DNA of 63,779 nucleotides, counting the filler, from Octopus bimaculoides (taxonomy: Eukaryota): NCBI RefSeq assembly GCF_001194135.2. It is 7 parts of 7 records of this genome, joined end to end, with 100 filler letters (N's around TTAATTAATTAA, not from the genome) between each part and the next. Parts side by side here need not be neighbours in the genome. Positions count along the whole stretch, not along the records: positions 38,418 to 51,032 come from NC_069006.1; positions 51,133 to 61,644 come from NC_068986.1; 5 more parts are not named here. The stretch is one strand, 5' to 3'. This document shows positions 40,184 through 52,755 of the stretch, piece by piece. Position 1 is the stretch's first letter. Each line of letters starts with the position of its first letter. The position numbers were made by a program, and so were the translations under genes. The notes beneath the pieces are model-generated. The model was not told the origin of the DNA, made no database searches, and worked only from the letters and a program-made list of their open reading frames with translations.

Positions 40184-40392
40184 ATCTGGCTTTGTCCCCC
40201 CACAGCCATCACTTGACAACCGATGTTGGTGTGTTTACGCCCCCATAACTTAGTGATTCGGCAATAGGAACGGACAGGATAAGTGCTAGGCTTACAAAGG
40301 ATAAGTCCTGGAGTCGATTTGTTCGACTAAAGGCGGTGCTCAGCATGGCCGCAGTCAATGAACTGAAGCCAATAAAAGAATAAAAGAATAAA
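40065..40392 (+). mobile_element. SINE family A
   Basis: Near-consensus body with CpGs intact; (GTAAAAGA)-like tail aataaaagaataaaagaataaa. Confidence 0.85.
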
Positions 40393-41748
40393 GTTCAAAT
40401 AAAATGTACTACACAAAGCAGAGACACAAACGCTGAATTGTAGTAGTAACCGATAAAATAAGAGAGGGGAAGATAAAAGTGAAACTAAATTTTTCTATGA
40501 AATACTTCTAAAAACGTTCTAAAAACATGACCTACATCAGAAAAAATGAGTTGATAAAGTTGATAATGCATGAAATTACGAGTGAGAAAATAAATAGAAA
40601 ATTGGCAAATTATGTATGTTAACAAGGATTTGTTAGCATTACTCACAGTTATTTGTTTTAGTACAACAATTTAATGAGGAGTGTATCTATACATTTTAGC
40701 CAACACTTGCGCGCGCGCAAGTGTGTGTGTGTGTGTTTATATATTTGAGTAATACAGTTTTCATGATGGATTGTGTCATTTCGAAATGGTTTGTAAATAT
40801 TTTTGAAAGCCAAAACATAGGAGTTATTTAAAAGTATAGTCAAGAGATTTTTTTGCGCAGAGGACCGTAATCTGGATATAAACACACACACACACACGCA
40901 CATATGTATATAGTTTGAATTTACAGAAAACAAAAGACGAAGATAGTCGAAGGAACAACATGCAGGCATATATATATACACGTACACTTGTGNNNNNNNN
41001 NNNNNNNNNNNNNNNNNNNNNNNNNNNNNNNNNNNNNNNNNNNNNNNNNNNNNNNNNNNNNNNNNNNNNNNNNNNNNNNNNNNNNNNNNNNNNNNNNNNN
41101 NNNNNNNNNNNNNNNNNNNNNNNNNNNNNNNNNNNNNNNNNNNNNNNNNNNNNNNNNNNNNNNNNNNNNNNNNNNNNNNNNNNNNNNNNNNNNNNNNNNN
41201 NNNNNNNNNNNNNNNNNNNNNNNNNNNNNNNNNNNNNNNNNNNNNNNNNNNNNNNNNNNNNNNNNNNNNNNNNNNNNNNNNNNNNNNNNNNNNNNNNNNN
41301 NNNNNNNNNNNNNNNNNNNNNNNNNNNNNNNNNNNNNNNNNNNNNNNNNNNNNNNNNNNNNNNNNNNNNNNNNNNNNNNNNNNNNNNNNNNNNNNNNNNN
41401 NNNNNNNNNNNNNNNNNNNNNNNNNNNNNNNNNNNNNNNNNNNNNNNNNNNNNNNNNNNNNNNNNNNNNNNNNNNNNNNNNNNNNNNNNNNNNNNNNNNN
41501 NNNNNNNNNNNNNNNNNNNNNNNNNNNNNNNNNNNNNNNNNNNNNNNNNNNNNNNNNNNNNNNNNNNNNNNNNNNNNNNNNNNNNNNNNNNNNNNNNNNN
41601 NNNNNNNNNNNNNNNNNNNNNNNNNNNNNNNNNNNNNNNNNNNNNNNNNNNNNNNNNNNNNNNNNNNNNNNNNNNNNNNNNNNNNNNNNNNNNNNNNNNN
41701 NNNNNNNNNNNNNNNNNNNNNNNNNNNNNNNCACTTTGTTTAGAATAC

Positions 41749-41773
41749 TGAAGAAGAAGAAGAAGAAGAAGAA

Positions 41774-41804
<31 letters not shown>

Positions 41805-41892
41805 AAGAAGAAGAAGAAGAAGAAGAAGAAGAAGAAGAAGAAGAAGAAGAAGAAGAAGAAGAAGAAGAACAACAACAACAACAACAACAACA
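41749..41892. repeat. (AAG)n(AAC)n microsatellite
   Basis: Visible directly. Confidence 0.95.
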
Positions 41893-41915
41893 AAATATAC
41901 TCAGATAAAAATTAC

Positions 41916-42070
41916 CTTAGTGGTAGAGGCCGGGAAATGTCCTACGGTGACTGGAAACTGTTTCTTTTCAAGGCGAAACTTTTGGTCAGATACATCAATG
42001 GATGTCTCCTCTGAACGTTGCATCAGAATGTCATGTGTTCTCTCTTCGCCTATCAATTTATATGTAATTC
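41916..42070 (-). other. Candidate exon resembling a Helitron Pif1-helicase C-terminal fragment
   Basis: TTTCTAG| GITYKLIGEERTHDILMQRSEETSIDVSDQKFRLEKKQFPVTVGHFPASTTK |GTAATT; the FRLEKKQFPV motif resembles Pif1 F.L.R.QFPV. Confidence 0.4.
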
Positions 42071-42545
42071 CTAGAAATGCGGAAGGGTTGTAGGAATAGG
42101 ACAAGGAGAATGAAGTGGAAACGAAAGTAAGCTGTTTGTTTATTGTTGTTTTTGAAGTTTTGTTGATTTTCTTGTCTGACATTGCTTTTACATGGAGACA
42201 CGCCTATCAGTAATGGTGCGGTGGTGGCTGTCATTCTATTGGCGGCGGTGATAGTGGTTGTGGTATGACTGTAGTTGTTGTTGTATGCGCGCGTATGTGT
42301 GTGTGCGAGTATATATGTGTAAGTTTGTGTGAGTGTGTGTGTGAGTGTGCATGTGTGCGCGTGTGCGTGTTCGCGCGTGTGTGAGTGTGTGTACGTGCGT
42401 GCGCGCACTGCGAATCGGTTTTTATTTTAAGGTTATATCTCGATCATTAGTAAAAAGAAAACCAGAAGAAATTTGATAAAGACTACTTTCGATCAAGCTC
42501 TTTGTTTATGTCCCCTTTATCCATACAAATATACACTTCTTACCT

Positions 42546-42960
42546 TTAGCCCTCCAACGCGGAGTATAGGCCACTTATAATTGAATTCCATGTCGCATAA
42601 TTTCTCGCTTCTGTACTTATACACTGCCATGAATGTCCCCCTTTCTNNNNNNNNNNATGTCGCATAATTTCTCGCTTCTGTACTTATACACTGCCATGAA
42701 TGTCCCCCTTTCTCTAGTTCCTTTTGTGTTGATCTACGCCTCGAGTTCTTAGGCCTACCCCTCATTCTATATCCATCTGGATTCCACTGTAAAGCACTTT
42801 TCGCTACATTTGGTGTGTCCTTTCTAATTGTGCTACCAATCCACTTTCACTTTCTCTTGAATATTTGTTCTCTAATTGGAACTTGATTCGTTCTTTGCCA
42901 TAGCTCCATATTGCTTATGTGTTCTGGCCATCTGATTTTAAGTATACTACGCAAGCACCT
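42546..42960 (-). pseudogene. RTE LINE C-terminus, with an overlap duplication across the 11-N gap
   Basis: CLRSILKIRWPEHISNMELWQRTNQ..WNPDGYRMRGRPKNSRRR..ATWNSIISGLYSALEG*; 42590-42646 is duplicated at 42658-42714. Confidence 0.8.
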
Positions 42961-44832
42961 AAAATTACTATCGGCAAGCTTAGAAGTAGAGATGAATAGA
43001 TGTCAGGGAAATTACAACCAACAAAATAAGGAATTTAAATAAAAAAAACAAACAAACATACACACATTAATTAATCAATTAATTAAATAATCAGAATTGG
43101 TGCTGAATCCCTTTCCTGAAATGCTTTGTTGTTTTCCTTTCCGTTTCGTTATTCCTAAGGGAATTGTTGCTGTTTTTGGCACTATTTTTTTATGGATAAC
43201 CATTGGATATTTATGACAAAAGAGAAGTCTATACATTCTCTATTAATCGATATGTTTCCACATTCGAAGAGGGTCCTTTCATCCCAGATTGCCGAGAGAT
43301 GGGAAGCAATCCCTCCGTTTATCCCCCCCCCATAATTTCGGCTGTGCGCCTATCTTTTAGTTTGAATTTTCTGTATAATTACAGGATCACATATTGGTTT
43401 ATCCCTCTACGCAGAGGGTTACATACGTTCATTTATACACCTATGTGAATATATTCCTTTCTACTCTAGGCACAATTTTTTTTTTATTTCAAGGAGTGTG
43501 AAAGGATCTTCTAAGATCACGCATTTAACCGCCCAGCAGAAATCAAGTTCTGGTGGCATATTTGGGATTTTACACGGCCCATCATCCGTTTCAGGTAAAT
43601 CGGTATTAATGTGAAATTTTCCATTTTCATTTGTGAAATTTTCTGTTTTTCATTTTCAAAATTATGATGCTACGATACTAGGCGTCTCCATTATTTTGTC
43701 CAACCCTTGTATATGCACATACAAGGCAGGGCGTTACCTCACGCTAGACGTGCATTGACGGTCTTTATGTAAGAATGTACGCTCAAATTTAGATTAGGTC
43801 ATTTAACACATATGTATAAGTTTACTTGGTATAATTTTCATGCTTAGGTATTATACATAATCGCTTTCATTTATTCAGACTTGAAAGACTGCTCTGGTTG
43901 GTTTTGTTGTTGTTTCTTTTTGTGACGGTAGGTTCTAACAAATGGTATATCATGTCACTTGTTATATGATATACTCATGCTTCTGTATAAAGGAAATATA
44001 ATCGTAATAAACCCGAATTTGTATTCATATTTGTTCTTGCTTCTTATTTGAGTGGTGGTGGCGGTAGCTGGGACAGTGCTGGCGTTGACAATGCATGATT
44101 TTCTGCCGCTGCTGCTGCTGCTGGTAGTTACATTTCAAGTGTCATTGCTTGATAAGTAATTCTTCTTCTTCTTCTTCTTCTTCTTCTTCTTCTTCTTCTT
44201 CTTCTTCTTCTTCTTCTTCTTCTTCTTCTTCTTGCAACTGGTATTGCTGTCGTCGTAGTTACGTGGGAACAATCTTGTCTGAGGTAAACGTTACGAGAGA
44301 CAAAGTACCCTTCAAACCTTCTCTCACCTTTCCGTCTTTCTTGGCTGAGTGACGAAAACGACGTCATTTTGAAATTATTTCTTTGTTTCGAAAACGATTC
44401 CTTTCTTGAAAACTTTTACCTCGTTCGGCGAGTAACAGAATCAGTTGAAAAGCCTTACGGAAAGAATGCCAGAAAAATAAAATTAACGGATCTCTGAGTA
44501 GGAAAATAAAGCGCAAACTTGCGAAGCATCCGGAACCTATTTGGTTTTGCCGATAACCAAAAGCAACAAAAACAGCTGTATCAGTAACAGCAACAACAAC
44601 AACAGTAACAACAGGATTAGCAGAAACGGGACAGCGTCTACTATATCGTCCACCAACAAGACAAATAAATACGTGTCAGATACCCAATGCTCACACTGGT
44701 GTAAACGTGATGGTAAAAAAATTAGTAGGGTAAACGATATAGACTCTAAAAGGATCTTTATGTTCACACTGCCTAAGAACTTATTACGTGAGAAAAGAAG
44801 TTAGACCTCCAATCTTATTTACAAATGTTGGA

Positions 44833-45040
44833 CTCTTACTTTTTTACATATTTCAGTCATTTGACTGTGGCCATGCTAGAGCACCGCCTTTACTCGAGCA
44901 AACCGATCCCAGGACTTATTCTATGTAAGCCTAGTACTTATTCTATCGGTCTCTTATGCCGAACTGCTAAGTTACGGCGACGTAAACACACCAGAATCAG
45001 TTGTTAAGCGATGTTGGGGGTACAAACACAGACACACAAA
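44833..45040 (-). mobile_element. SINE family A, 3' half
   Basis: cagtcatttgactgtggccatgctagagcaccgcc..cttatgccgaactgctaagttacgg. Confidence 0.8.
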
Positions 45041-45459
45041 CACACACACACATTTGAATTACGGAAAAATATGGATAAGTACTGTTTTTTACTTTGCTAA
45101 AGATTTTCTACTATTTGAAAATAATATGTATTCTTGTTTTTTATATTATTCATTTGGTTCTTTATAGATTATTTTTAATAGATAACTTATTTAACACTAA
45201 ATTATTTAGAAGTTATAGTTTCATTTCAACATAATATTAAGAACTTCGATTTGAATAGTGTTGATATATTTTCGATTATTTTTGATTAATAATATTTGAT
45301 TAATAATTAATCTTTATTGTTTATAATATCGTTAAAGATTTTTTAAAAATTAAAAATTTGTATATATATATATAAAGTGTACCAAATTTTGAAATTAATA
45401 TTAAAACTATGCTTTTTGTTTCATTTGTGTAAATGCAAGAAGTTTATTAATGGAAGACC

Positions 45460-45745
45460 AGCAGTCGCCCATCCTTACCAAGTTCCCCTCTCCATGAAAC
45501 CGGTGTTATCCAAAGGAAAGGCAAAGGTCGATACAGCTTGGCACCAGTGACATCACAAATCATTTCGCAATTAAATAAACTAGAGCAACGTGAAATAAAG
45601 TGTCTTGCTCAAGAACACAACACATAGCCCGGTCCGGGGATCAAACTCACTACCAGATGATTGTGTGTCTGACGCTCTAACCACTGAGCCATGCGCTTCA
45701 ACAAACACAACACACAGCACGGTGCGGGGATCGAACTCACTATCT
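45460..45745 (-). mobile_element. SINE family B variant with duplicated tRNA-head segment
   Basis: gagcaacgtgaaataaagtgtcttgctcaag shared with 27850-27890; the cacaacaca..gatc(a/g)aactcact segment occurs twice. Confidence 0.65.
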
Positions 45746-46841
45746 CGTAAGTTCGACTATACACACTACAAGTTTGTTATCTGTGCAGTCAACCGCTATA
45801 ACATGTGGCCAAACCATGCTATTCTTATCGATCGGTCTACGGAATATTCTACCTAGAAACGATATGAAAGACCCAACGTGGATTGTCCATGTCTAGATTA
45901 TCGCTTTCGAGAATCCACTTGGTAACATTCAAACTACTGGAAATGTCTGAGGAGTTTTGCCAGTTGTTTGCACGGCGCTCTCCTATCAGCTAGCTCAATA
46001 CAATCCACACGTGCGTCCAACATGCCGTTCGAACACCTCAAAAGCACTAACGCATGGGACATTCTTAAAAAAAATTCCAGAAATCTCTAGAATTCAGACG
46101 CCACCAGGCTATTTGAATTTTTATGCCTAGGTGTTAGATCTTCATTGATCTCTATTATCATAGTTGTACTGGACCGCTCCAAAATAGATCTGCATCGACA
46201 CATTGAAAAATTGGGTTTCTCCAAAAGCGAAATGAGCTGAGTGATTCGTATTTTCCAGAAATAATAAATGAAAAGAAAGATGAAAGTTTGTAAAACATTT
46301 CAGGTATTCTTCATTTGAGATTTCTGGGGTGAAAACTTCTATGCACACATTGACATAAACATATAATATATATGCATACACGTATAAGTAATAATGCAAC
46401 AGGTGTCACCCAAAGTGACACACACCTCCCCAAGTGCAAGTTTATTCCAGTGCTCCACAACCTTAATTCACTTGCGGTACACTTACATTCTTTTCGAAAT
46501 GCAAAATTTCAAAATTCGGCGGCACATCTGAGCTAACAATATTACTAGAAGTATTGGGGAAGTAACTACATTCAGGTTACACTGTAACACACCTAGCATC
46601 ATCTCGTAGCACCCCAATGTGCCGCGGCATACCGGTTGCGGAGCATTAATTTATTCATATACACCTGCGCGTACAACATCGCAAACATATATGTACTTGT
46701 CAGACAATGCAGGTAACCACAAAGCATAGGAGCTGTCATGACTTAAACAAAAGAGCCATGCTACTTTGGTAGTGACCCCGTTTAAAGTCTACAAAAATGA
46801 TGAAAGCTAAAAAGAACGACATATATGTGTGCGTGTGTGTG

Positions 46842-46886
<45 letters not shown>

Positions 46887-47629
46887 AAATGTAAATATGT
46901 ATGTATGTTTCTTCTATTTTTTAATTATTATAAATCTTCCACTGAGGAGGGAGCTGGTTTCCAACAAAGATACAAGGCTCCATCTTTGGGGCTGTAGTTA
47001 ACACAGACAAATTCACATTTGGAACTTGAAAAAGTCTTGCATATTTTTACTGTTCCACTCTATGTACGTATGTATGTATGTATATATATTCATACACACA
47101 CGAATACACACATATATACATGCACATTCATTTATAATTTTTTCAAAGTAATATAACTTTTTTTAATAATGTGGGTAAAAGAAAAATTATAAACTGGACA
47201 CAGTTCCGAACTTCTTCAATCATAATATTATAGATAAATATTTATTGTATTACAGTACAATAATTCAAAGCACAAAAAATACAAGAACTCAAGTTGTAAA
47301 AATATTTATTGATGTTGTAACGATCGATGTTACAATTTACCATAGTAGGTAATCTGTCCAGTCACCCAGTTGAAATAGGACAAAAGAAAAAGCACAATGT
47401 GAACGAAGGGCAAGAGATACGAATGAAACTGGATTTTCTTATGCAATTATCGAGATTTCAGTAGAAATAGAAAAGGAAGAGAAAGAAGAAATTACATTTG
47501 TGGTTTGAAGGTTAGAGTGATAGCGAGCAACTTTATCCATACGATGAGTTGCCTATTTTGAAGCCTGTCTAAGTTGTTAACCTGTGTAGCATCAGCATTG
47601 GTAGTTTACTGTGGCTTTGGATGAGATTA

Positions 47630-47706
47630 GTTGTGAGTTAGCAGAAATTTGTTGTGAGTTAGCAGAGATTTGTTGTGAGTTAGCAGAGATTTGTTGTGAG
47701 TTAGCA
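47630..47706. repeat. 21-bp minisatellite (GTTGTGAGTTAGCAGAGATTT), about 3.6 copies
   Basis: Visible directly. Confidence 0.85.
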
Positions 47707-48145
47707 TCTTTTCTGAACTCGAAGTGGATTAACATTCTTAGTGATGCATTGTTTTTTTAATATTAAACGGTGTATGTTTGTCAGCACAAGTCTCTGAGAG
47801 ATAGTTAGGTCTAGTGTATGTGACGTTTATGTTTGTTGATCATGGGTAGTGAATATGTCCTTGTGTTGTAGAAGGGTACCTATCTGTTGATCAGAGATTG
47901 ATGTAAGTGGTGAAATAACCAGATGCAGGGAGTTGAACATAGCGAAAGGTTCGGTCTCTGTGTCAGTATATAATGAAGGAGGGATCTAAGAAGAATTATG
48001 GAGTTACCGAGGATGATTATAGATAAGAGGAAATTTGTTAAAATGTGCAAGAAATACAGAGAAAGAGGGAGAGATAGGGGGAGGTGATATGTATTCTTGG
48101 CGGAAGACGTAAAGCACAAATTTCAGACAGCAAGAGGAAGAAGAT

Positions 48146-48200
<55 letters not shown>

Positions 48201-48214
48201 TAGAGACAGTCAGG

Positions 48215-48259
<45 letters not shown>

Positions 48260-48527
48260 TGGGAAACAGAGAGACAGTCAAGGAGTAAAAAGAGGAATGG
48301 AAGAGTCATCATTGCTGTGATTCTTTTCAATTATTTCTTTCCATATAGCCAACCGAAAAATGAACGCTCTAAAACAAAAGAAAAAATATTAAATATCAGA
48401 AAAATAAAGAAGAATAGACACAAAATACTGGAAAACTTTGCATTATATACAAACATACTAACTGTCCGATCGCAGTCGACTGTCTCTTATGCCATTTAGA
48501 TTGTGTTTGCGTGTTATTGCACTTAAC

Positions 48528-48728
48528 ATGAAAGGAGACGATCTCGCACAACCGTTAGCACGCCCGGAGAAATGCTTAGCGGTATTTCGTCTGTCTCTAC
48601 ATTCTGAGTTCAAATTCCGTCGAGGTCGCGGACAATACATTAAGTAGCAGTTGCGTATGGGGGTCAATCAAATCGACTGGATCCCTCCCCCAAAATTTCG
48701 GGCCTTGTGCCTAGAGTAGAAAAGAATA
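48528..48728 (+). mobile_element. SINE family C
   Basis: cgttagcacgcccggagaaatgcttagcggtatttcg..gagttcaaattccg..ccttgtgcctagagtagaaaagaatatt. Confidence 0.75.
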
Positions 48729-48905
48729 TTGTACTTAGCATGAAAAATTATCTGTGTTCGTTGGCCGTCAGTGTAAACTTGGAGTAAACTCGCTAGAATA
48801 TGACTGTGTGAGTTTGTCTGAGAAATTTATTAAAAGTAAAGACGTCCAGAATATTCTTGTAATTTAAGAAATAATAACGCACCTGGATGTTAATTCCTAG
48901 TGTAC

Positions 48906-49015
48906 CTGCTGACATAAGAAGCAGGAAGAATAAAATTTCCTAGTTTTGATCCAAATTTCACAACTATACAACCAGACGCGGTTTCTTCTATTACTTCACC
49001 AAGGAGACCGGGAAG
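48906..49015 (-). CDS. MIB2-like gene exon, second half of a divergent REP repeat
   Basis: TTTCTTTTGTATCCAG| LPGLLGEVIEETASGCIVVKFGSKLGNFILPASYVS(R) AG|GTACAC; phase 0 to 2; fits the GxV..GxxxVxF half of the repeat. Confidence 0.6.
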
Positions 49016-49124
49016 CTGGATACAAAAGAAATAAATAACAATCAGCCATATCTGTGGGTGTGTGTGCGTGTGTGTGTGTGTGTCTTTGAATTTGCGCTTG
49101 CCTCCACCTCTTGGTTTACTTATG

Positions 49125-49500
49125 TCCCGTAATGTTGTTGTTGGCACTCCGTCGCTTACGACGTCGAGGGTTCCAGTTGATCCGATCAACGGAACAGCCT
49201 GCTCGTGAAATTAACGTGCAAGTGGCTGAGCACTCCACAGACACTTCTACCCTTAACGTAGTTCTCGGGGATATTCAGCGTGACACAGTGTGACAAGGCT
49301 GGTCCCTTTGAAATACAGGCACAGCAGAAACAGGAAATAAGAGTGATAGAAAGTTGTGGTGGAAGAGTACAGCAGGGTTCGCCACCATCCTCTGCCGGAG
49401 CCTCGTGGAGCTTTAGGTGTTTTCGCTCAATAAACACTCACAACGCCCGGTCTGGGAATCGAAACCGCAATCCTATGACCGCGAGTCCGCTGCCCTGACC
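49125..49500 (-). mobile_element. SINE family B, near full length, (CAA) tail
   Basis: tRNA-like head at about 49445-49497 on -; nearly identical to 1-275. Confidence 0.85.
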
Positions 49501-50112
49501 AAAACTGAGGAAGGGCTATTTGTTTGACTAAACAATTCATGACAGTGCCTCAGCATGGTCACAGGCCATGTCTGAAACAAGTATAAGATGATAAAGCAGA
49601 TCTAAAACCGAGACCCATTGTAGCAGGCCTGTTTAATGAAACATGCTACTTAAGTAATTTCAAAGGAATTCAAATGAAGTCTTTGCTCAAACACATAAAG
49701 AGTTACGTACGAGATGATTTTGATATATTCGACCATCTACCTATTACAGTAAACGAAAATACTTATATCATCACATTTGATGCTGTGAGCTTATATAGCA
49801 ATATTGCTCTCAGCCCCGCGGTTCGGCAAAGAGACAGGTAGAATAAGTATATGGCTTTGATAGAAAAGCACTGGGTTCGATTCATTCACGTAAAAATTCT
49901 TCAAAGCGGAACCCCAGCGTGGCCGCAGTCTAATGACTGAAACAAGTAAAAGAATAAAAGAATAACTTGTGCCCTCTGTGTGTGCGTGTGTGTTTGTGTG
50001 TGTGTGTGTATTGTGTGTGCAAAACTCACCTTGTGAATATCTGCACAAATATATTTACTTTAAATCTGTGATATGAAGAACATTTACTATGTGAAAGATA
50101 TTTGTAATTTTA

Positions 50113-50114
<2 letters not shown>

Positions 50115-50207
<93 letters not shown>
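50115..50207. repeat. Pure (CA)n microsatellite
   Basis: Visible directly. Confidence 0.95.
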
Positions 50208-50209
<2 letters not shown>

Positions 50210-50683
50210 TAGACGCACGCACACACAGTCACGTACATAGTATGTATGTTTTTAGCGGTCACTAAAGTGACTGGGGGTTCAAATAAGTACCAGTATTACT
50301 AGAAATAATAGCCAAAGCAACTCAATAGCTACAAACAATAACTTAATGACTGACAAGGGGAGATAATTCCCCTAGCGGGTATAGCACCTCTATCCTCATC
50401 AGTGTCTCTTGAAGCGCACCTTATTCGGGAATAACATTTATGCATATACACAGAAAAGCATTGCCAATGGAAAAGAATCCATGCATGTGTAGAATGACAT
50501 CCAAGCGCTCTTCTCATACTTAGAATAAGATTAACGTAATAGTGTGTATAAGGATAGGTATACCCAGGTCTAGAGAATCAGTAATTAGATTTATCAGTAA
50601 ACAAACACACACACACACACGCACACACACACACACACACACACTACAGCAAAAATGTTATAAAAAGAGAGGATACCACTTAC

Positions 50684-50797
50684 GTATTCCAAATTTTCAG
50701 GAACTGAACCATATTTCCTCCTTTGAAAAGCCTGCAAATTTGTCAGGTTTTCTGTCACTTTAACTACTTCCCCAACTTTGGATTGAGCTTCTCCCAT
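50684..50797 (-). CDS. MIB2-like gene, probable first coding exon (first half of divergent REP repeat)
   Basis: MGEAQSKVGEVVKVTENLTNLQAFQRRKYGSVPENLEY |GTAAGT, phase 0, matching the next exon; in-frame TGA upstream of the ATG; acceptor at 50829. Confidence 0.55.
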
Positions 50798-50886
50798 TCT
50801 TTCCACAAATTGAATTCCACGTCAAACAACTACCAAAACAATAGTAGAAGCATATGGGAGTGAATGGATGGATGAATGAATGAGCT

Positions 50887-50930
<44 letters not shown>

Positions 50931-51630
50931 TAAACAGAAAGATGAATAGATGACCAGATTATATATGTGTGTGTGTGTGTGTGTGTGTAGAAGGTTGAAA
51001 CGAAACACACGAGTGTATATATATATATATATNNNNNNNNNNNNNNNNNNNNNNNNNNNNNNNNNNNNNNNNNNNNTTAATTAATTAANNNNNNNNNNNN
51101 NNNNNNNNNNNNNNNNNNNNNNNNNNNNNNNNTATATCTAATTATTGTTCTACTTACGATCTGACGAGTAACTATATTTTTGAATAGAATTTATTTTCAA
51201 TAATTTCAATTGATTTTAATCGATTTAAATTTTCTTTTCTATTTGAAAATTAGTTATGAAACACGTGTAATCTTTTTTATTATATTTATCTTATGATATT
51301 TACTTTACTTTATATTATACTCATTTATTGTGCTTTTAATTATTAATTCTTATATAAGTGATAGTGGATTTTCATCGATGAGTTCTTGAAACTTGGTTAT
51401 TTTCCCTAAAACTATATACTTCATATATATATATATATATATACACACATATCCCCACTCTCTCATATTCACATACATACACACAACTTGTCAGTCTGCA
51501 TGTGTATTTGTTAATAGTGTGTGTATGTGTCAGTAGTGTTCATTTGGTTCTCTTTTCACTGTGACAAATTTTTTACATCACAGGAATCTTTCATTAGCAC
51601 TTTAATACAATAAATTCTCTTCTGCTACAG

Positions 51631-51735
51631 CCACAACCAATACGATTTCAAAAGCAGGAACAGAATTTGATAATTGTGTCAACATGGTACTATCTTCCAA
51701 GAAGGAATCAAATATTGCAGAGCCATCTGAAAGAG
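51631..51735 (+). CDS. NUSAP1: Probable NUSAP1 linker exon
   Basis: TTCTGCTACAG| ..TTNTISKAGTEFDNCVNMVLSSKKESNIAEPSER G|GTAAAG; phase 1 to 1 fits the next exon; no conserved motif. Confidence 0.55.
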
Positions 51736-52283
51736 GTAAAGTTGTTTATTTAAAGGAGGGGGTTAGGTTTTTAAATTTTTTTTTATTTAACAGTTTAGTG
51801 TGTCTGGGCTGTACTTATGACTTTTGCAGGCCTGGTGCTGTTTCTATTCAGATTTGTATAACTGTAGTCATCATCTGTAAAGAAACCTTGGTTGAGAAGA
51901 GCATTCCAGTGAGATAATGTGCTTGGGAAAAGGGATTTAAGTCACTGATTAGGAGATGAGCAGTGAGACAAAATGGGGAAAAGGAGAGAGGGGTTTCTTT
52001 TGTATGAAAGTGGTATGCAGCTAGCTAGTTCAGAAGTGGTTGTTGTAGTAACAATAGAACAGGAAGCAAGGATACAGTATCTCTGTGGAAAAAAGATTGT
52101 AGTATTTTGATTTGGCAGATTACTTTGCTTCAAATATAAGGCTATTGTGTTTGTGTGTAATACAGCACCATTCCTTGTGTTGGAGAGTTATTCTGTCTTG
52201 TGTCTTATTTGATCTTTAAAGATCAGCAAACAAGTGAAACTGAAGTATTTTCTGTCTCTGGAATAAAAGGGTTGCCTTTAGAT

Positions 52284-52423
52284 CAGTCATGGGCAACCTA
52301 AAGTTTGCAGGTTTATTTGAATGACATTCCTTATAAAAAATTACCTTCAGTTTTTAAATAGTGTGACCTGCTTGATGAAATGTTTCACATGACCTGTTTC
52401 TTGAAAATGGGTAACCCATGTTG
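52284..52423. mobile_element. Degenerate hAT-type MITE
   Basis: Imperfect termini CAGTCATGGGCAACC / GGTAACCCATGTTG. Confidence 0.35.
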
Positions 52424-52573
52424 ATTTTGGCTGTAATGTGCTTGTCAGTGACCAAGAAGCACTTACATGTAAAACTTGTAACTATTGTAGTTGATGTAGC
52501 TATAATGAGACACTACTGTACTTGTATTCATAAGCCTTTCATTTTTTTTTTTTTTTTCCAAACCATGTAGCAG

Positions 52574-52755
52574 GTAAAAAATGGGAAAAAATTCATCAGA
52601 AAATGTTTCAAAAATTTGACTCCCTTGATGTGTATTTAGAAAAGAAAAACAGACGTGCTCAGAAACTGCTTACACCTGCACGACTTGCTAAACAAATAGC
52701 GGAAGAGAATAAAAAAATATCAGAAAAACAAAGTTGCCAATCGCTGCAATCTAAG
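52574..52755 (+). CDS. NUSAP1: NUSAP1 exon
   Basis: KKWEKIHQKMFQKFDSLDVYLEKKNRR, similar to vertebrate FKKLHEAHFKEMESIDQYIERKKK; TAGCAG tandem acceptor; AAG|GTGAAG donor. Confidence 0.85.

Noticed and set aside
42590-42714. 57-bp direct repeat flanking an 11-N gap
   Set aside because: Unmerged contig overlap inside an RTE remnant; assembly artefact.
43560-43713. Possible Tc1-like terminal repeat (ttttgtccaacccttgta)
   Set aside because: No partner end or transposase found; cannot be delimited.
47630-47706. Regularly spaced 21-bp repeats as a CRISPR-like array
   Set aside because: Head-to-tail units with no spacers, eukaryotic context; minisatellite.
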